A stretch of 64,000 bases of DNA from the IMG/VR virus record IMGVR_UViG_3300006033_000016, positions 1 through 64,000 of that record. One strand, 5' to 3'. This stretch comes from a virus. Both the position numbers and the translations under genes were made by a program. The notes beneath the pieces were generated by a model, which saw only the letters and a list, made by a program, of their open reading frames with translations, ran no database searches and was not told the DNA's origin. This document shows positions 48,558-56,684 of the stretch, piece after piece (the stretch's first letter is position 1; the number at the start of each line of letters is the position of its first letter).

Positions 48558-50183
48558 TCAGTCCACTTGCATGGACTCTATTCTCTCAACCCAAAAGCTG
48601 GAGTCTGACCCCTGGGCGAAAGCAGAGACTACCTCAAACACGCTGTCAGAAAAACCGCCAATGTTGAGAACGGAGTTCCGCTCATCGGCGACTTGAGTCG
48701 TGGCATACGGCTGAATGTCGATGCAAACCAGCTTGCAGTCAGGGTTCTTCGCCTTGATGCGCTGCCAGCCAGCCTCAGAGGCGGTGGAAGCCCTACCCCA
48801 AGAAGAGACGGGTCTATCTAGCCACGATTCGTTGTCCGATACAATGATGATAACATCAGCCTTCTTGCCTTGAAGATGCTCAAAGCAGAGCGATACAGTG
48901 GTACCACCGCCACCAAATGAGGCCAACTTCTTCGCATTTGTCATAACCGAATCTCTTGGGTTTAGAGAAGCGGCGTGCATACGCGTGTCAAAAGGAAGCA
49001 CGTTGGCAGTGGGTGACGTACGAAGAATTGATGCTGAAACAAGCGCAGCAACATCAATACAACGGACACCAGTAGTAGCGCCCTTACGATGGCCTGTCAC
49101 TGGGCTGCTCATGGAGCCAGATACGTCAGGAAATACCCATACGTTCCCAGAGAGCGGAGGAACATTCTTGGTAGCTATCTCCATAGCATCCTGAAGCGCC
49201 AGTTTCAGTGGCATGGGGATATCCGAAGACGCCTCAGTAGCCTTGTACGCCATCAGAAGTTGATACGGGAATACTCTGGAACTAGAGATTTCTTTCTCGT
49301 CCCTAAGCTTGTCCGCCAGCTTTGACACTACGTCCGCATTCTTTAGCACACCATGGCGCGCAAAAGTGTTTAGATTCATACGAACAAAGTGCCAGCCACC
49401 GTTCAATGCAATCTCGGTCCACTGCTTTGTGTCCAGGTCCAAAGAAGTAAGCAACTGGAAGGGAACCTTGGGTACAGATGCTTTCTTGGGATTGGCCTTG
49501 AAAGCCTCAAACTCCCGAATAGAGTCAGGAAGAGTGGAAGCGATTCTTGCACCTTCTTTACCCAGAAGGTAATTGAAGGTGGCATGCTTCGCTGCATCAG
49601 ACCCAGACTTAGGATGTGCCAACTTAATGACATCCACCAAAGAAGGATCGTTGCCTACGGAATCACGAAAGATTTGGTCAGCAGTTCTGCGGTCAAACCA
49701 ATTGTTGATCACGCTCTTGCCCATGGTGCCGAGGCTCTTCCGCCCCGTAACACCAGATCGAACTACCTGCACGAAGTTTCGGAGCATCTTTGCGTTGTCA
49801 ATGACAATCGGAAAAACGGTACGAAACAAGCGGGAGGCCTCCACATCATTGTTGCCGGCACGAGCAAAAAGAACAGCCACCAAAAGGGCAGGCATGTCTT
49901 TCATGAAGGCAGACCTCCTGGAGTAAATGGCGGTCTTGGCAAGGAAGACGTTGTCCACCTTGGATGCCAGCTCCAGAGTCTTCGTCAACTGGTCCGAAGC
50001 AGAAGCGTAGTACGTGTTGCTGAAGGTGCCTGTGCAGGCATATTGCGCAAGGGCGGCACGATTTGTGAGCGGGTAAGCCAGACCTCCCGCTTCATTTCGA
50101 GTAACCTTTCCCTTAGAATCTAGGGGAACGGCCCTCGGCCTCTTACCTGCCGTAGCACCACCAAAAATAGACTTATTAGCCAT
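48558..50183 (-). CDS. rsr: Ro60/Rsr TROVE-domain RNA-binding protein with C-terminal vWA
   Basis: RNEAGGLAY, TGTFSNTYYAS, MKDMPA, RMNLNTFARHG, FPYQL, DVSGSM, SDNESW, IGGFSDSVF; GGAGG RBS. Confidence 0.93.
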   Translation of the reverse strand: MANKSIFGGATAGKRPRAVPLDSKGKVTRNEAGGLAYPLTNRAALAQYACTGTFSNTYYASASDQLTKTLELASKVDNVFLAKTAIYSRRSAFMKDMPALLVAVLFARAGNNDVEASRLFRTVFPIVIDNAKMLRNFVQVVRSGVTGRKSLGTMGKSVINNWFDRRTADQIFRDSVGNDPSLVDVIKLAHPKSGSDAAKHATFNYLLGKEGARIASTLPDSIREFEAFKANPKKASVPKVPFQLLTSLDLDTKQWTEIALNGGWHFVRMNLNTFARHGVLKNADVVSKLADKLRDEKEISSSRVFPYQLLMAYKATEASSDIPMPLKLALQDAMEIATKNVPPLSGNVWVFPDVSGSMSSPVTGHRKGATTGVRCIDVAALVSASILRTSPTANVLPFDTRMHAASLNPRDSVMTNAKKLASFGGGGTTVSLCFEHLQGKKADVIIIVSDNESWLDRPVSSWGRASTASEAGWQRIKAKNPDCKLVCIDIQPYATTQVADERNSVLNIGGFSDSVFEVVSAFAQGSDSSFWVERIESMQVD

Positions 50184-50240
50184 GAGACACCTCCATAGGA
50201 GTAGGGTTAATACACTAACGCACCCGTACGATGCGCAAAC

Positions 50241-50585
50241 TTACTTGAGTCTGTTTTCCGTGTAAGCCACACGGTCTTCTGTTTGTCCCCATGTGTGTAG
50301 CAGGGAGTTCATTGCACGAGACAAGAAGTCCGTTCTGGCCTCTCCTAGCTTCTCCCGTGCAGCCTTGGAGAAAGCTAATACACCTGTAAGTACCGTTGGA
50401 GGATACCTGTCAGTGCATATGGAGGCCAGAACATACTTGACTTCTTCCCACTCGCCTGCGTACATGAGGTCATCCATCAGGTCTATGATGGAATCTACGG
50501 ATTTCATGTGGGAAGTTCTATCGTTAGACAGAATAGAAAAAGAAGATAAGAGCACGGAGTTAGTTCTATCCCTTAGAGTAGCCAT
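50241..50585 (-). CDS. Hypothetical protein between the Y RNA array and Ro60; paralog of 44711-45031
   Basis: Start moved to ATG 50585 (GAGAGG RBS) to clear the Y RNA. Confidence 0.65.
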   Translation of the reverse strand: MATLRDRTNSVLLSSFSILSNDRTSHMKSVDSIIDLMDDLMYAGEWEEVKYVLASICTDRYPPTVLTGVLAFSKAAREKLGEARTDFLSRAMNSLLHTWGQTEDRVAYTENRLK

Positions 50586-50605
50586 GCCTAATCCTCTCAA
50601 AAAAT

Positions 50606-50673
50606 GTAGCGACAGAAGATGTATGAGACGAGTTTTCTCCAATGAAATGTAGTCCCACACTAGCATTCGCTAC
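50606..50673 (-). ncRNA. Y RNA 1: minimal Ro-binding stem without tRNA domain
   Basis: GTAGCGA-ATGC...GGGACTACA...GTCTC...TTCTG-TCGCTAC, same motifs as the other four copies. Confidence 0.7.
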
Positions 50674-50676
50674 GTT

Positions 50677-50750
50677 TGGTTGCGGTCGCCGGAGCTGCCC
50701 CAGGTCCTATAGGTTATGAGCCTATCGTGCGTCTACTACACTACCCCGCA
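50677..50750 (-). tRNA. Degenerate tRNA-Met(CAU)-like RNA
   Basis: ATAGG-CTCATAA-CCTAT arm and ACCA end; T loop GGCAGCT and mismatched acceptor/T stems. Confidence 0.6.
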
Positions 50751-50755
50751 AAAAT

Positions 50756-50876
50756 GGACGACAGAAGGTGAAAGAGACATATACTAGCACCTTGCTCCCT
50801 CCCTAAGGAGGGCCTGGGAATCGAACCCAGATCGTTTGATTAACGGTCAAATGTAGTCCCAATCGGTCATTCGTCC
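50756..50876 (-). ncRNA. yrlA: Y RNA 2 (YrlA-like, permuted tRNA mimic)
   Basis: GGACGA/TCGTCC terminal stem; T arm CTGGG-TTCGATT-CCCAG; closed acceptor CCCTCC-TTAG-GGAGGG; short D-like hairpin. Confidence 0.8.
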
Positions 50877-50885
50877 GAAACATAT

Positions 50886-51009
50886 GTGCTGACAGAATTG
50901 AAAAAGACGTAGTTACTGATGTCCTTCCATTAGACTAGATCTCCGGAGAGACCTCGGGAGTCGAACCCGAATCCCCAGTTTGGATTGTAGTCTTTCTCGC
51001 ATTCAGCAC
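50886..51009 (-). ncRNA. yrlA: Y RNA 3 (YrlA-like)
   Basis: GTGCTGA/TCAGCAC stem; T arm TCGGG-TTCGACT-CCCGA; closed acceptor GGTCTC-TCCG-GAGATC; D arm TAGTCTAATGGAAGGAC. Confidence 0.85.
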
Positions 51010-51020
51010 GAAAAAAAAAT

Positions 51021-51154
51021 GTGGCAACAGAAATCGCAAGAGTGAATTTACGCGTGCTACTCTTACACTAAGCTGCGTCAAAAATCGCAGCCCCAGGAGT
51101 TGCACCTGGTCCTCGTCCTCCGAATGGATGTACACCCTTACAGGCATTTGCCAC
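51021..51154 (-). ncRNA. yrlA: Y RNA 4 (YrlA-like)
   Basis: GTGGCAA/TTGCCAC stem; T arm CCAGG-TGCAACT-CCTGG; closed acceptor GCTGCG/CGCAGC; D arm TAGTGTAAGAGTAGCAC. Confidence 0.8.
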
Positions 51155-51182
51155 GTAACCTATTTAGTTTTCAGAGTCGGTG

Positions 51183-51210
51183 ACTCTAGCAGTCTTCAAC
51201 CGAGTGTCAA
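51183..51210 (-). promoter_or_regulatory. Sigma70-like promoter for the Y RNA-Ro60 unit
   Basis: T-tract, TTGACA, 16 nt, TAGAGT with extended -10 TG; about 30 nt upstream of Y RNA 4. Confidence 0.6.
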
Positions 51211-51231
51211 GAAAAAAGTGAAGACTCTGGT

Positions 51232-51480
51232 TCAACTAGTATGCACAGGGTTCGTCCTATCTAAGACTGCTGGAAGTTCTCTTTCCAGCACAACTGTCAC
51301 GACTTCCGGATCAACGGGAGATACTATCACGTTTACACAACGCCACCCGTCATCAGCATGACTAGTCAAACTCTTTTGAAGAAGTTCTGCACTTAACACG
51401 TGCTTGTAGTAGGTTCCTGTCTCGTCGTACTCTGCTGACGTAATGTCTACGATCTCTACAAGGTATTCAAACTTCTTCAT
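51232..51480 (-). CDS. Small protein, DUF4177-like
   Basis: KFEYLV...L...DDGWRCV...LERE. Confidence 0.5.
   Translation of the reverse strand: MKKFEYLVEIVDITSAEYDETGTYYKHVLSAELLQKSLTSHADDGWRCVNVIVSPVDPEVVTVVLERELPAVLDRTNPVHTS
51238..51252 (-). promoter_or_regulatory. Repeated motif AACCCTGTGCATACT
   Basis: Copy 7 of 7; in the last codons of the upstream ORF, ahead of the Y RNA array. Confidence 0.55.
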
Positions 51481-52186
51481 TGGACGCCTTCTTAGTTAGA
51501 GACTTCCTTACGGAGACAGACTTTACTGGCACACTAACCACACCTGGGCGACCTGGAATACCACGCAAACCGACCCACCCATGCTCAGGTTCGCTGCTCA
51601 CTACGGCTTCGTGTTGACGTCCGTTGTCGTCCACAAAAACGCGATCTCCAGGCTTCATGTTTCAAGATTGTTTCTTTTGAATGTCTGGTTATGTTGTCTA
51701 AGTGAAGAGAATAAACAAGGTGTACACCAAGATCGCGTTGGCTCTACACAAAAGAGCCATGGGTAGGTTGTGGTACTACCATCCTTAGTAGATTACTTCT
51801 TTGTTCTACAAGAACGAATAAAATAAGAGAAGGACTCTGAAGAGGAATTTTTGTCTATGTTCTCTTCTTTAGGCGAGTCACTGACTGAACCCCTCAGCGC
51901 CTTTATCAATTCTGGTAAACTTGTGATAAGCGCGGGAAGACAAACGAGAGCCAGCTCTTTCAGAAATTCTTTGTGCTCACTCACAAATATCCGTTTCTCT
52001 TGGCCCATTCTCTAGCTCTTCTTCTCGCGGTATCTGCGGGCAGTCTAGAAAGACTCTGAAATAAACGAATAACGTTTGGATCCCATGCTTGCTTTCTGGC
52101 AACTTTTATGGAAGACCCTAAAGCAAAGGAGAGGATAGCATCGACACTGGAGGAGTTTAGAATAACTGGAGACCAATCGATTCTAA

Positions 52187-54379
52187 TCATGACATATCCT
52201 CTTCCATCCTAAAGCCTATTCCAACAGGAAATCTTGGGATTCCGTCATCTGTGAGATCGAAGTACTTTACCTTCAACAAGCACCCCACATAAGATTCGGC
52301 TTCTTGCAGAAGTCTTTTTCGCTCTTCCATCGAGCCCATGGATACCACCTGAAAGGTGTTATCTCCAGCTTTACAGATCCATACAGCACAGTCAGCAAAC
52401 TTGCCCTTGCCCGTAGTATACCCTACAACCTCATACTCCGAGTCATTAAAGGATTTGACCTTGAGTAATCTCTTGGACCTATAAGCAAACTGATATTTGC
52501 TATCATCGTACATCCTGACGATGGCTCCCTCGTACCCTTTCGAGACTACCTTATTGTGGATCCTAAGGATTTCGTCTTCGTTGTGAGCCTCATAAGTCTC
52601 GACCAAATGAACAACGTCCCCTAATCTATGGGAGGATGTGTTAAAGAAAGCGTATAGGTGGTGATACCTGTCAACCCAGCTGGCGCTTCGGTCATTAAGC
52701 AGCACACAGTCGTACACATGATATTGTATCTTGCTTGTGTTCGCTTGTAACTTCTTCACCCACGAAGTAATGGTCTGAAACCCGACTCCGTGCAAGTAAA
52801 GCTCCCCGTCTAAAACTAGATTCGGAGGGAGGACGTTCTTCAGAACAGAAATTATGTGAGGACAGTTGTACTCCTTCCCTCCTCGGGAAAGGAGCTTCAA
52901 GTCTTCTCCGTCCCAGTAAGCAAGAGCCCTACAATTATGGATAACATGTCCATTCGCCACATATGTGTGGTTGTCTTCAACCTCGATGTCATATTTAGCA
53001 GCAACAGGCATGAACTTAGCGTGCCTCACATGGAATCGCTGCCAGACAGGTCCTTTTGTTACAGGTCTTACATACCCTTCAGTCGGGAAGTAAAACTTGT
53101 ATTCAACACCCTTGCAGTGCTTTGTTCTTAACTTGTTCAAGATCCAAAGAGTGTCCTTGGTACTAAAGCAAAGAAACTTTCCAGGGACATTACCGGTGTC
53201 CTCTACTACCTTGTCTGTGTACACAGAAGGAGTACAATCCCACTCTGATCTAAAGTATTTCCTGTATTCCTCGATCTGATCCTCTGAAGAGGAGTGAGTG
53301 TGCAAGTATAAACGAGGCGTGGTTGGGTCTCCATTATTATTCTGTATGGAACCATCATCACCGATCCACAATGCCAAGGCTTCTGGGGAAAGAAGCTCAC
53401 GTAAGGTTTCGTGATACACTACCTTACGTTTTCCAACATTAGGTGAGTGACCTGTGTGATAAAACCTAGATATAGGGAATGTGGACGAAGTGAGAGCGGA
53501 AGAAATGAACGCCTTCCCTCTGGATCCAAATCCAGAAGTGTACGTTACAGACGAGCCAGTGAGCCCTAAAAGGCTCTTCTTGAATTCAAAGAATTCTTTG
53601 TTTGTATGAGCGAACTTTGACCTGTATGATGTCCCAGACCCACGTTTTTCCACGACCAGCATAGAATCACCCAGGAGGGTCCCAGCCAGCAAAGAGTTGA
53701 AGTACGAACTGTCGTCAAAAGAAAGTATTAGATCGCATTTAGGGTCTAGGTCTCGGGCTTCCTTCCATCCAGATGGAGTGAGAAACTTATGATCGCTAGT
53801 GCACTTAATGTGATTACCAAATTCAGGAACTACGTCTAACCAATGAGTGTGGTCCGCATACCCGTTATTGAACCAACCTACAACTCTCTTAAACTCAAAC
53901 ACCTCTTTGCTTTCATTGTAAGAGAGAACTTCTAGGGAAAGTCTCCCTTCTACAATTTCTTGGATTGTCTTTGGTCCATCTGAGGTAGTCAAGACTGTGC
54001 TACCATAGACGCAACCATCCAGTTTAGGCTGCACGTCACACGGATAGGTGTGACCGTCCTTCTTCTGACCTCTTCGCTTCTCGAATTCAGAAGCCAACAT
54101 GGGAAGAAATATCTCATCATTTTTGGCTTCATCAATAGTACGACGATACTTTCTCTCTACTCGATGAGTCCACATGGACTTAGCTTCAGCAACCGCTTGT
54201 TCTTCTGGTGTGGTGGCATTGGACTTGTCCACGTTCTTGGCGTCAGCTGTCTTTCGAGCAAGCTGCTTTTTACCGTCTATTTGACCATATTCTGTGCACA
54301 CGTCAGCTCCCTCTGTCCATACTCTCCAGGAGTATAGAGCACCAGAGGAACCCTTGTGGTATAAGGTGTCAAACTGCAT
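52187..54379 (-). CDS. lig: ATP-dependent DNA ligase interrupted by an intein
   Basis: QPKLDG/CRA motif I split by the intein; LDGELY, YDC, YEGAIVR, LLKVK, PRFP; start at ATG 54379. Confidence 0.92.
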   Translation of the reverse strand: MQFDTLYHKGSSGALYSWRVWTEGADVCTEYGQIDGKKQLARKTADAKNVDKSNATTPEEQAVAEAKSMWTHRVERKYRRTIDEAKNDEIFLPMLASEFEKRRGQKKDGHTYPCDVQPKLDGCVYGSTVLTTSDGPKTIQEIVEGRLSLEVLSYNESKEVFEFKRVVGWFNNGYADHTHWLDVVPEFGNHIKCTSDHKFLTPSGWKEARDLDPKCDLILSFDDSSYFNSLLAGTLLGDSMLVVEKRGSGTSYRSKFAHTNKEFFEFKKSLLGLTGSSVTYTSGFGSRGKAFISSALTSSTFPISRFYHTGHSPNVGKRKVVYHETLRELLSPEALALWIGDDGSIQNNNGDPTTPRLYLHTHSSSEDQIEEYRKYFRSEWDCTPSVYTDKVVEDTGNVPGKFLCFSTKDTLWILNKLRTKHCKGVEYKFYFPTEGYVRPVTKGPVWQRFHVRHAKFMPVAAKYDIEVEDNHTYVANGHVIHNCRALAYWDGEDLKLLSRGGKEYNCPHIISVLKNVLPPNLVLDGELYLHGVGFQTITSWVKKLQANTSKIQYHVYDCVLLNDRSASWVDRYHHLYAFFNTSSHRLGDVVHLVETYEAHNEDEILRIHNKVVSKGYEGAIVRMYDDSKYQFAYRSKRLLKVKSFNDSEYEVVGYTTGKGKFADCAVWICKAGDNTFQVVSMGSMEERKRLLQEAESYVGCLLKVKYFDLTDDGIPRFPVGIGFRMEEDMS
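52934..54013 (-). mobile_element. Intein (360 aa) with LAGLIDADG homing endonuclease
   Basis: Starts CVYGST, block B CTSDHKF, LLAGTLLGD and LWIGDDG, ends YDIEVEDNHTYVANGHVIHN followed by Cys. Confidence 0.92.
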
Positions 54380-54633
54380 CAAAGAGGGTCCTTTTCCACA
54401 CACTCAGGGCACAGGATAGATACCGCGTCATAGTATGGAATAGTATTTGTATACCTAAACTTTGAGTCAACGAAATATCCATATCTTTCTTTCCACATCC
54501 ATCCGGCAGGAAGAGTCAAGTTATGGTGTTTCGTGTCCTCAGGCTGAAGTGGTCTGACCTCTCCGACAAAAACTTTCATATCCGCTTGTGCGGCGCACCT
54601 GTGGCATTCCACAGTCATGTGGCAGTAGAACAT
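54379..54633 (-). CDS. Small Zn-finger protein
   Basis: CHRC...CPEC; TGATG overlap with the ligase. Confidence 0.55.
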   Translation of the reverse strand: MFYCHMTVECHRCAAQADMKVFVGEVRPLQPEDTKHHNLTLPAGWMWKERYGYFVDSKFRYTNTIPYYDAVSILCPECVEKDPL

Positions 54634-55184
54634 CAGCGATGCGCAGATATGAGAGTCAAAGCTAGACTGCTTAGATGTATGCGAGAAACATCATCAGAGG
54701 TTAGCCTGGAGAGCTTGTCTTTTATTTCAGGGTTCGCGCAGGCCACCTCTACCGCTCGGCCCGGTTTGGGTCTTCTGCTGTCGCAAAGAGAATCTAAGGA
54801 GATACGCTCCAAAAGCGAGGGATAGTCTGTCATCTCATACCTAATTTCTTAGAAGGTTTGTAGAGAGGCATAATTTTGGAAAATGGATTATTATCTGCCT
54901 TAGGCGCAGTAACTAGAGTGAACCTGGAGTCAAACTCCAGTCTGGGAACATACTGCAATCCCCTGCACGGACCAGGTCCCTGCAGGCCTACCGGATCGGC
55001 GCCCTCTTGGGTAACTTCCCACCAGGTGGTTCCTGACTCATCTGCCCATAATTTAGCTTCTCGGGTCATAAATCAAGTCTCTTGCGCAGGCCGCTAATCT
55101 TTAGCGATAAGTAGATACTAACCAAAACCAAGGGCGGCGATACGAGAGCTTCTACAAGGGTCATACCACCCTAAATAGGATGGG

Positions 55185-55577
55185 TTAGGAACAGTTCAGT
55201 ATACCCTTCTGTGACTCTTTTCTAAACCTGTCTTCAAATCGAGACCTAAGGTCAAGATACCTTTTGTAGTCCAACTCTTCTCTTTCGAGCTTCTGAGATT
55301 CGATGAAGGATTCGTAGTCGGACGTCCAGGATTCCAGGGGAATACTTTCTTTTTTCACATCTCCATGAAGAACCGTCAGTTTCTTTAGCTTGGAAAGGGT
55401 ATCTGCTGCGGACAGCTCATATCTCTTACTATCAGCCAAAATAGAAATAACCCACTCTTTAGCTGCCGCCAGGGCAGCTTTCTTTGTAGGGTATATTTCA
55501 TATTCGTAAAACGGACTGTCAGAGTTGTAAGATACAACCCATATCTTTTTGATTCTCCGTGCCATTTCACACCCCAA
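55185..55577 (-). CDS. Hypothetical protein
   Basis: About 126-130 aa ORF. Confidence 0.55.
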   Translation of the reverse strand: MGCEMARRIKKIWVVSYNSDSPFYEYEIYPTKKAALAAAKEWVISILADSKRYELSAADTLSKLKKLTVLHGDVKKESIPLESWTSDYESFIESQKLEREELDYKRYLDLRSRFEDRFRKESQKGILNCS

Positions 55578-55834
55578 TAGACTTGAGAAGATTCAACCAA
55601 TCCTTTACAGGATAAAAGGTGTGGCCCTCCGAAGTCCAAAAGACCCATCCTCCTGCCTTCTGGGCAAGGGATAGAAGGTGAGTCATCTCTGGATAGGATA
55701 GGGATTCAATTCGAATTTGACCTAAGGAGGCTCTCCACAGAGATACCTCCCAACCCACTACAGGGTGAGATCCATGTTCCTTTACGCACAAGCGAATTAC
55801 TTCTTCAGAGAGGAGACGTTGGTTCTCTGATAGT

Positions 55835-55987
55835 TCACTCGGAGGAAGCATCGGGTCGAATCTTACAGGCACAGAAGTGAGAATCAAAGTAGTGATCCGG
55901 AGCGCAAAGTACAGGTCTACAGGTGGGCTCTGGAGGTATTGCCGGAGCGCAAGAAAACAAAAGGAGTAGAGATAGCAAGCGAATCAT
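55835..55987 (-). CDS. Small Cys/Pro-rich lipoprotein (50 aa)
   Basis: Manual translation MIRLLSLLLLFSCAPAIPPEPTCRPVLC...; lipobox-like LFSC. Confidence 0.5.
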   Translation of the reverse strand: MIRLLSLLLLFSCAPAIPPEPTCRPVLCAPDHYFDSHFCACKIRPDASSE

Positions 55988-55999
55988 GATAAAAACTTT

Positions 56000-56119
56000 T
56001 GGCCCCACACCCAGGAATTGAACCCGGATTCTGCTAGTACGTAACTACAACGGACCTAAGGTGGCGTTATGAGCCCGGTTTTCAGGACTCAAGTAGCAGA
56101 AGCTCTCCAGAGATGTGGG
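56000..56119 (-). ncRNA. tRNA-like RNA with expanded anticodon domain
   Basis: Acceptor CCCACAT/GTGTGGG plus G-CCA; T arm CCGGG-TTCAATT-CCTGG; 8-bp TTCTGCTA/TAGCAGAA helix enclosing 57 nt. Confidence 0.7.
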
Positions 56120-56142
56120 ATACTCCTCATATAAGGATAGAA

Positions 56143-56451
56143 CTAACCTCTTTTGTGCCAAACAGGCTGACTAGTTGCGTGACTTCCCCCTTTGGTCGAC
56201 ACCCAACGTACGAAAGAAGCTACTTTTTCGTGAGCCAACAACTTATCCAAGGTGTTGTACTCTGACCCCAAATTCTTTTCTGGAATGAAGCGATGTATGG
56301 CGTCGTGGCAGTCACGGCACACCATAATTCCTGAGTCTAGCTGTTCTTTAGAGAAGGTCTTCTTAAACCATTTTCTCGTGTGTAGAGTTCGTGGAATAAG
56401 ATGATGAAAGGTGAGAGGCAACTCTCTAGAACAAAGAGTGCAGTTAGACAC
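56143..56451 (-). CDS. Small HNH-fold protein
   Basis: CTLC...TFHHLIPR...CRDCHDAIH. Confidence 0.7.
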   Translation of the reverse strand: MSNCTLCSRELPLTFHHLIPRTLHTRKWFKKTFSKEQLDSGIMVCRDCHDAIHRFIPEKNLGSEYNTLDKLLAHEKVASFVRWVSTKGGSHATSQPVWHKRG

Positions 56452-56452
56452 G

Positions 56453-56602
56453 TCAATCTTCCTTCAATAACAAAGACACGGTAAACGCAAAAACACCGGC
56501 GCCTACATTAATACCTACCAAAGGCTGACCTTCCGCATAAAATGCAGCCAATCCGAATCCTATCGCAGCTACTACGGCAAAAGTGAAGGACCAGAGTCTC
56601 AT
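56453..56602 (-). CDS. Small two-TM membrane protein (49 aa)
   Basis: Manual translation MRLWSFTFAVVAAIGFGLAAFY...SLLLKED. Confidence 0.5.
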   Translation of the reverse strand: MRLWSFTFAVVAAIGFGLAAFYAEGQPLVGINVGAGVFAFTVSLLLKED

Positions 56603-56606
56603 CTTT

Positions 56607-56681
56607 TGGAGCCTTGGGTGGGGATTGAACCCACGACTTCCTCCTTACCAAGGAGGTACTCTGCCACTGAGTTACCAAGGC
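56607..56681 (-). tRNA. tRNA-Thr(GGU)
   Basis: Canonical cloverleaf with CCA. Confidence 0.93.
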
Positions 56682-56684
56682 AAA

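Noticed and set aside
49389-50123. 244-aa + strand ORF and the many other antisense ORFs in the track
   Set aside because: Shadows of well-supported - strand genes; no motifs or RBS
50935-51147. 70-aa ORF over Y RNAs 3 and 4
   Set aside because: Lies across structured RNAs and a poly-T spacer; likely spurious
50606-51154. CRISPR array or degenerate direct repeats
   Set aside because: Units conserve structure through compensatory changes rather than identical repeats; no cas genes; Y RNA explains them
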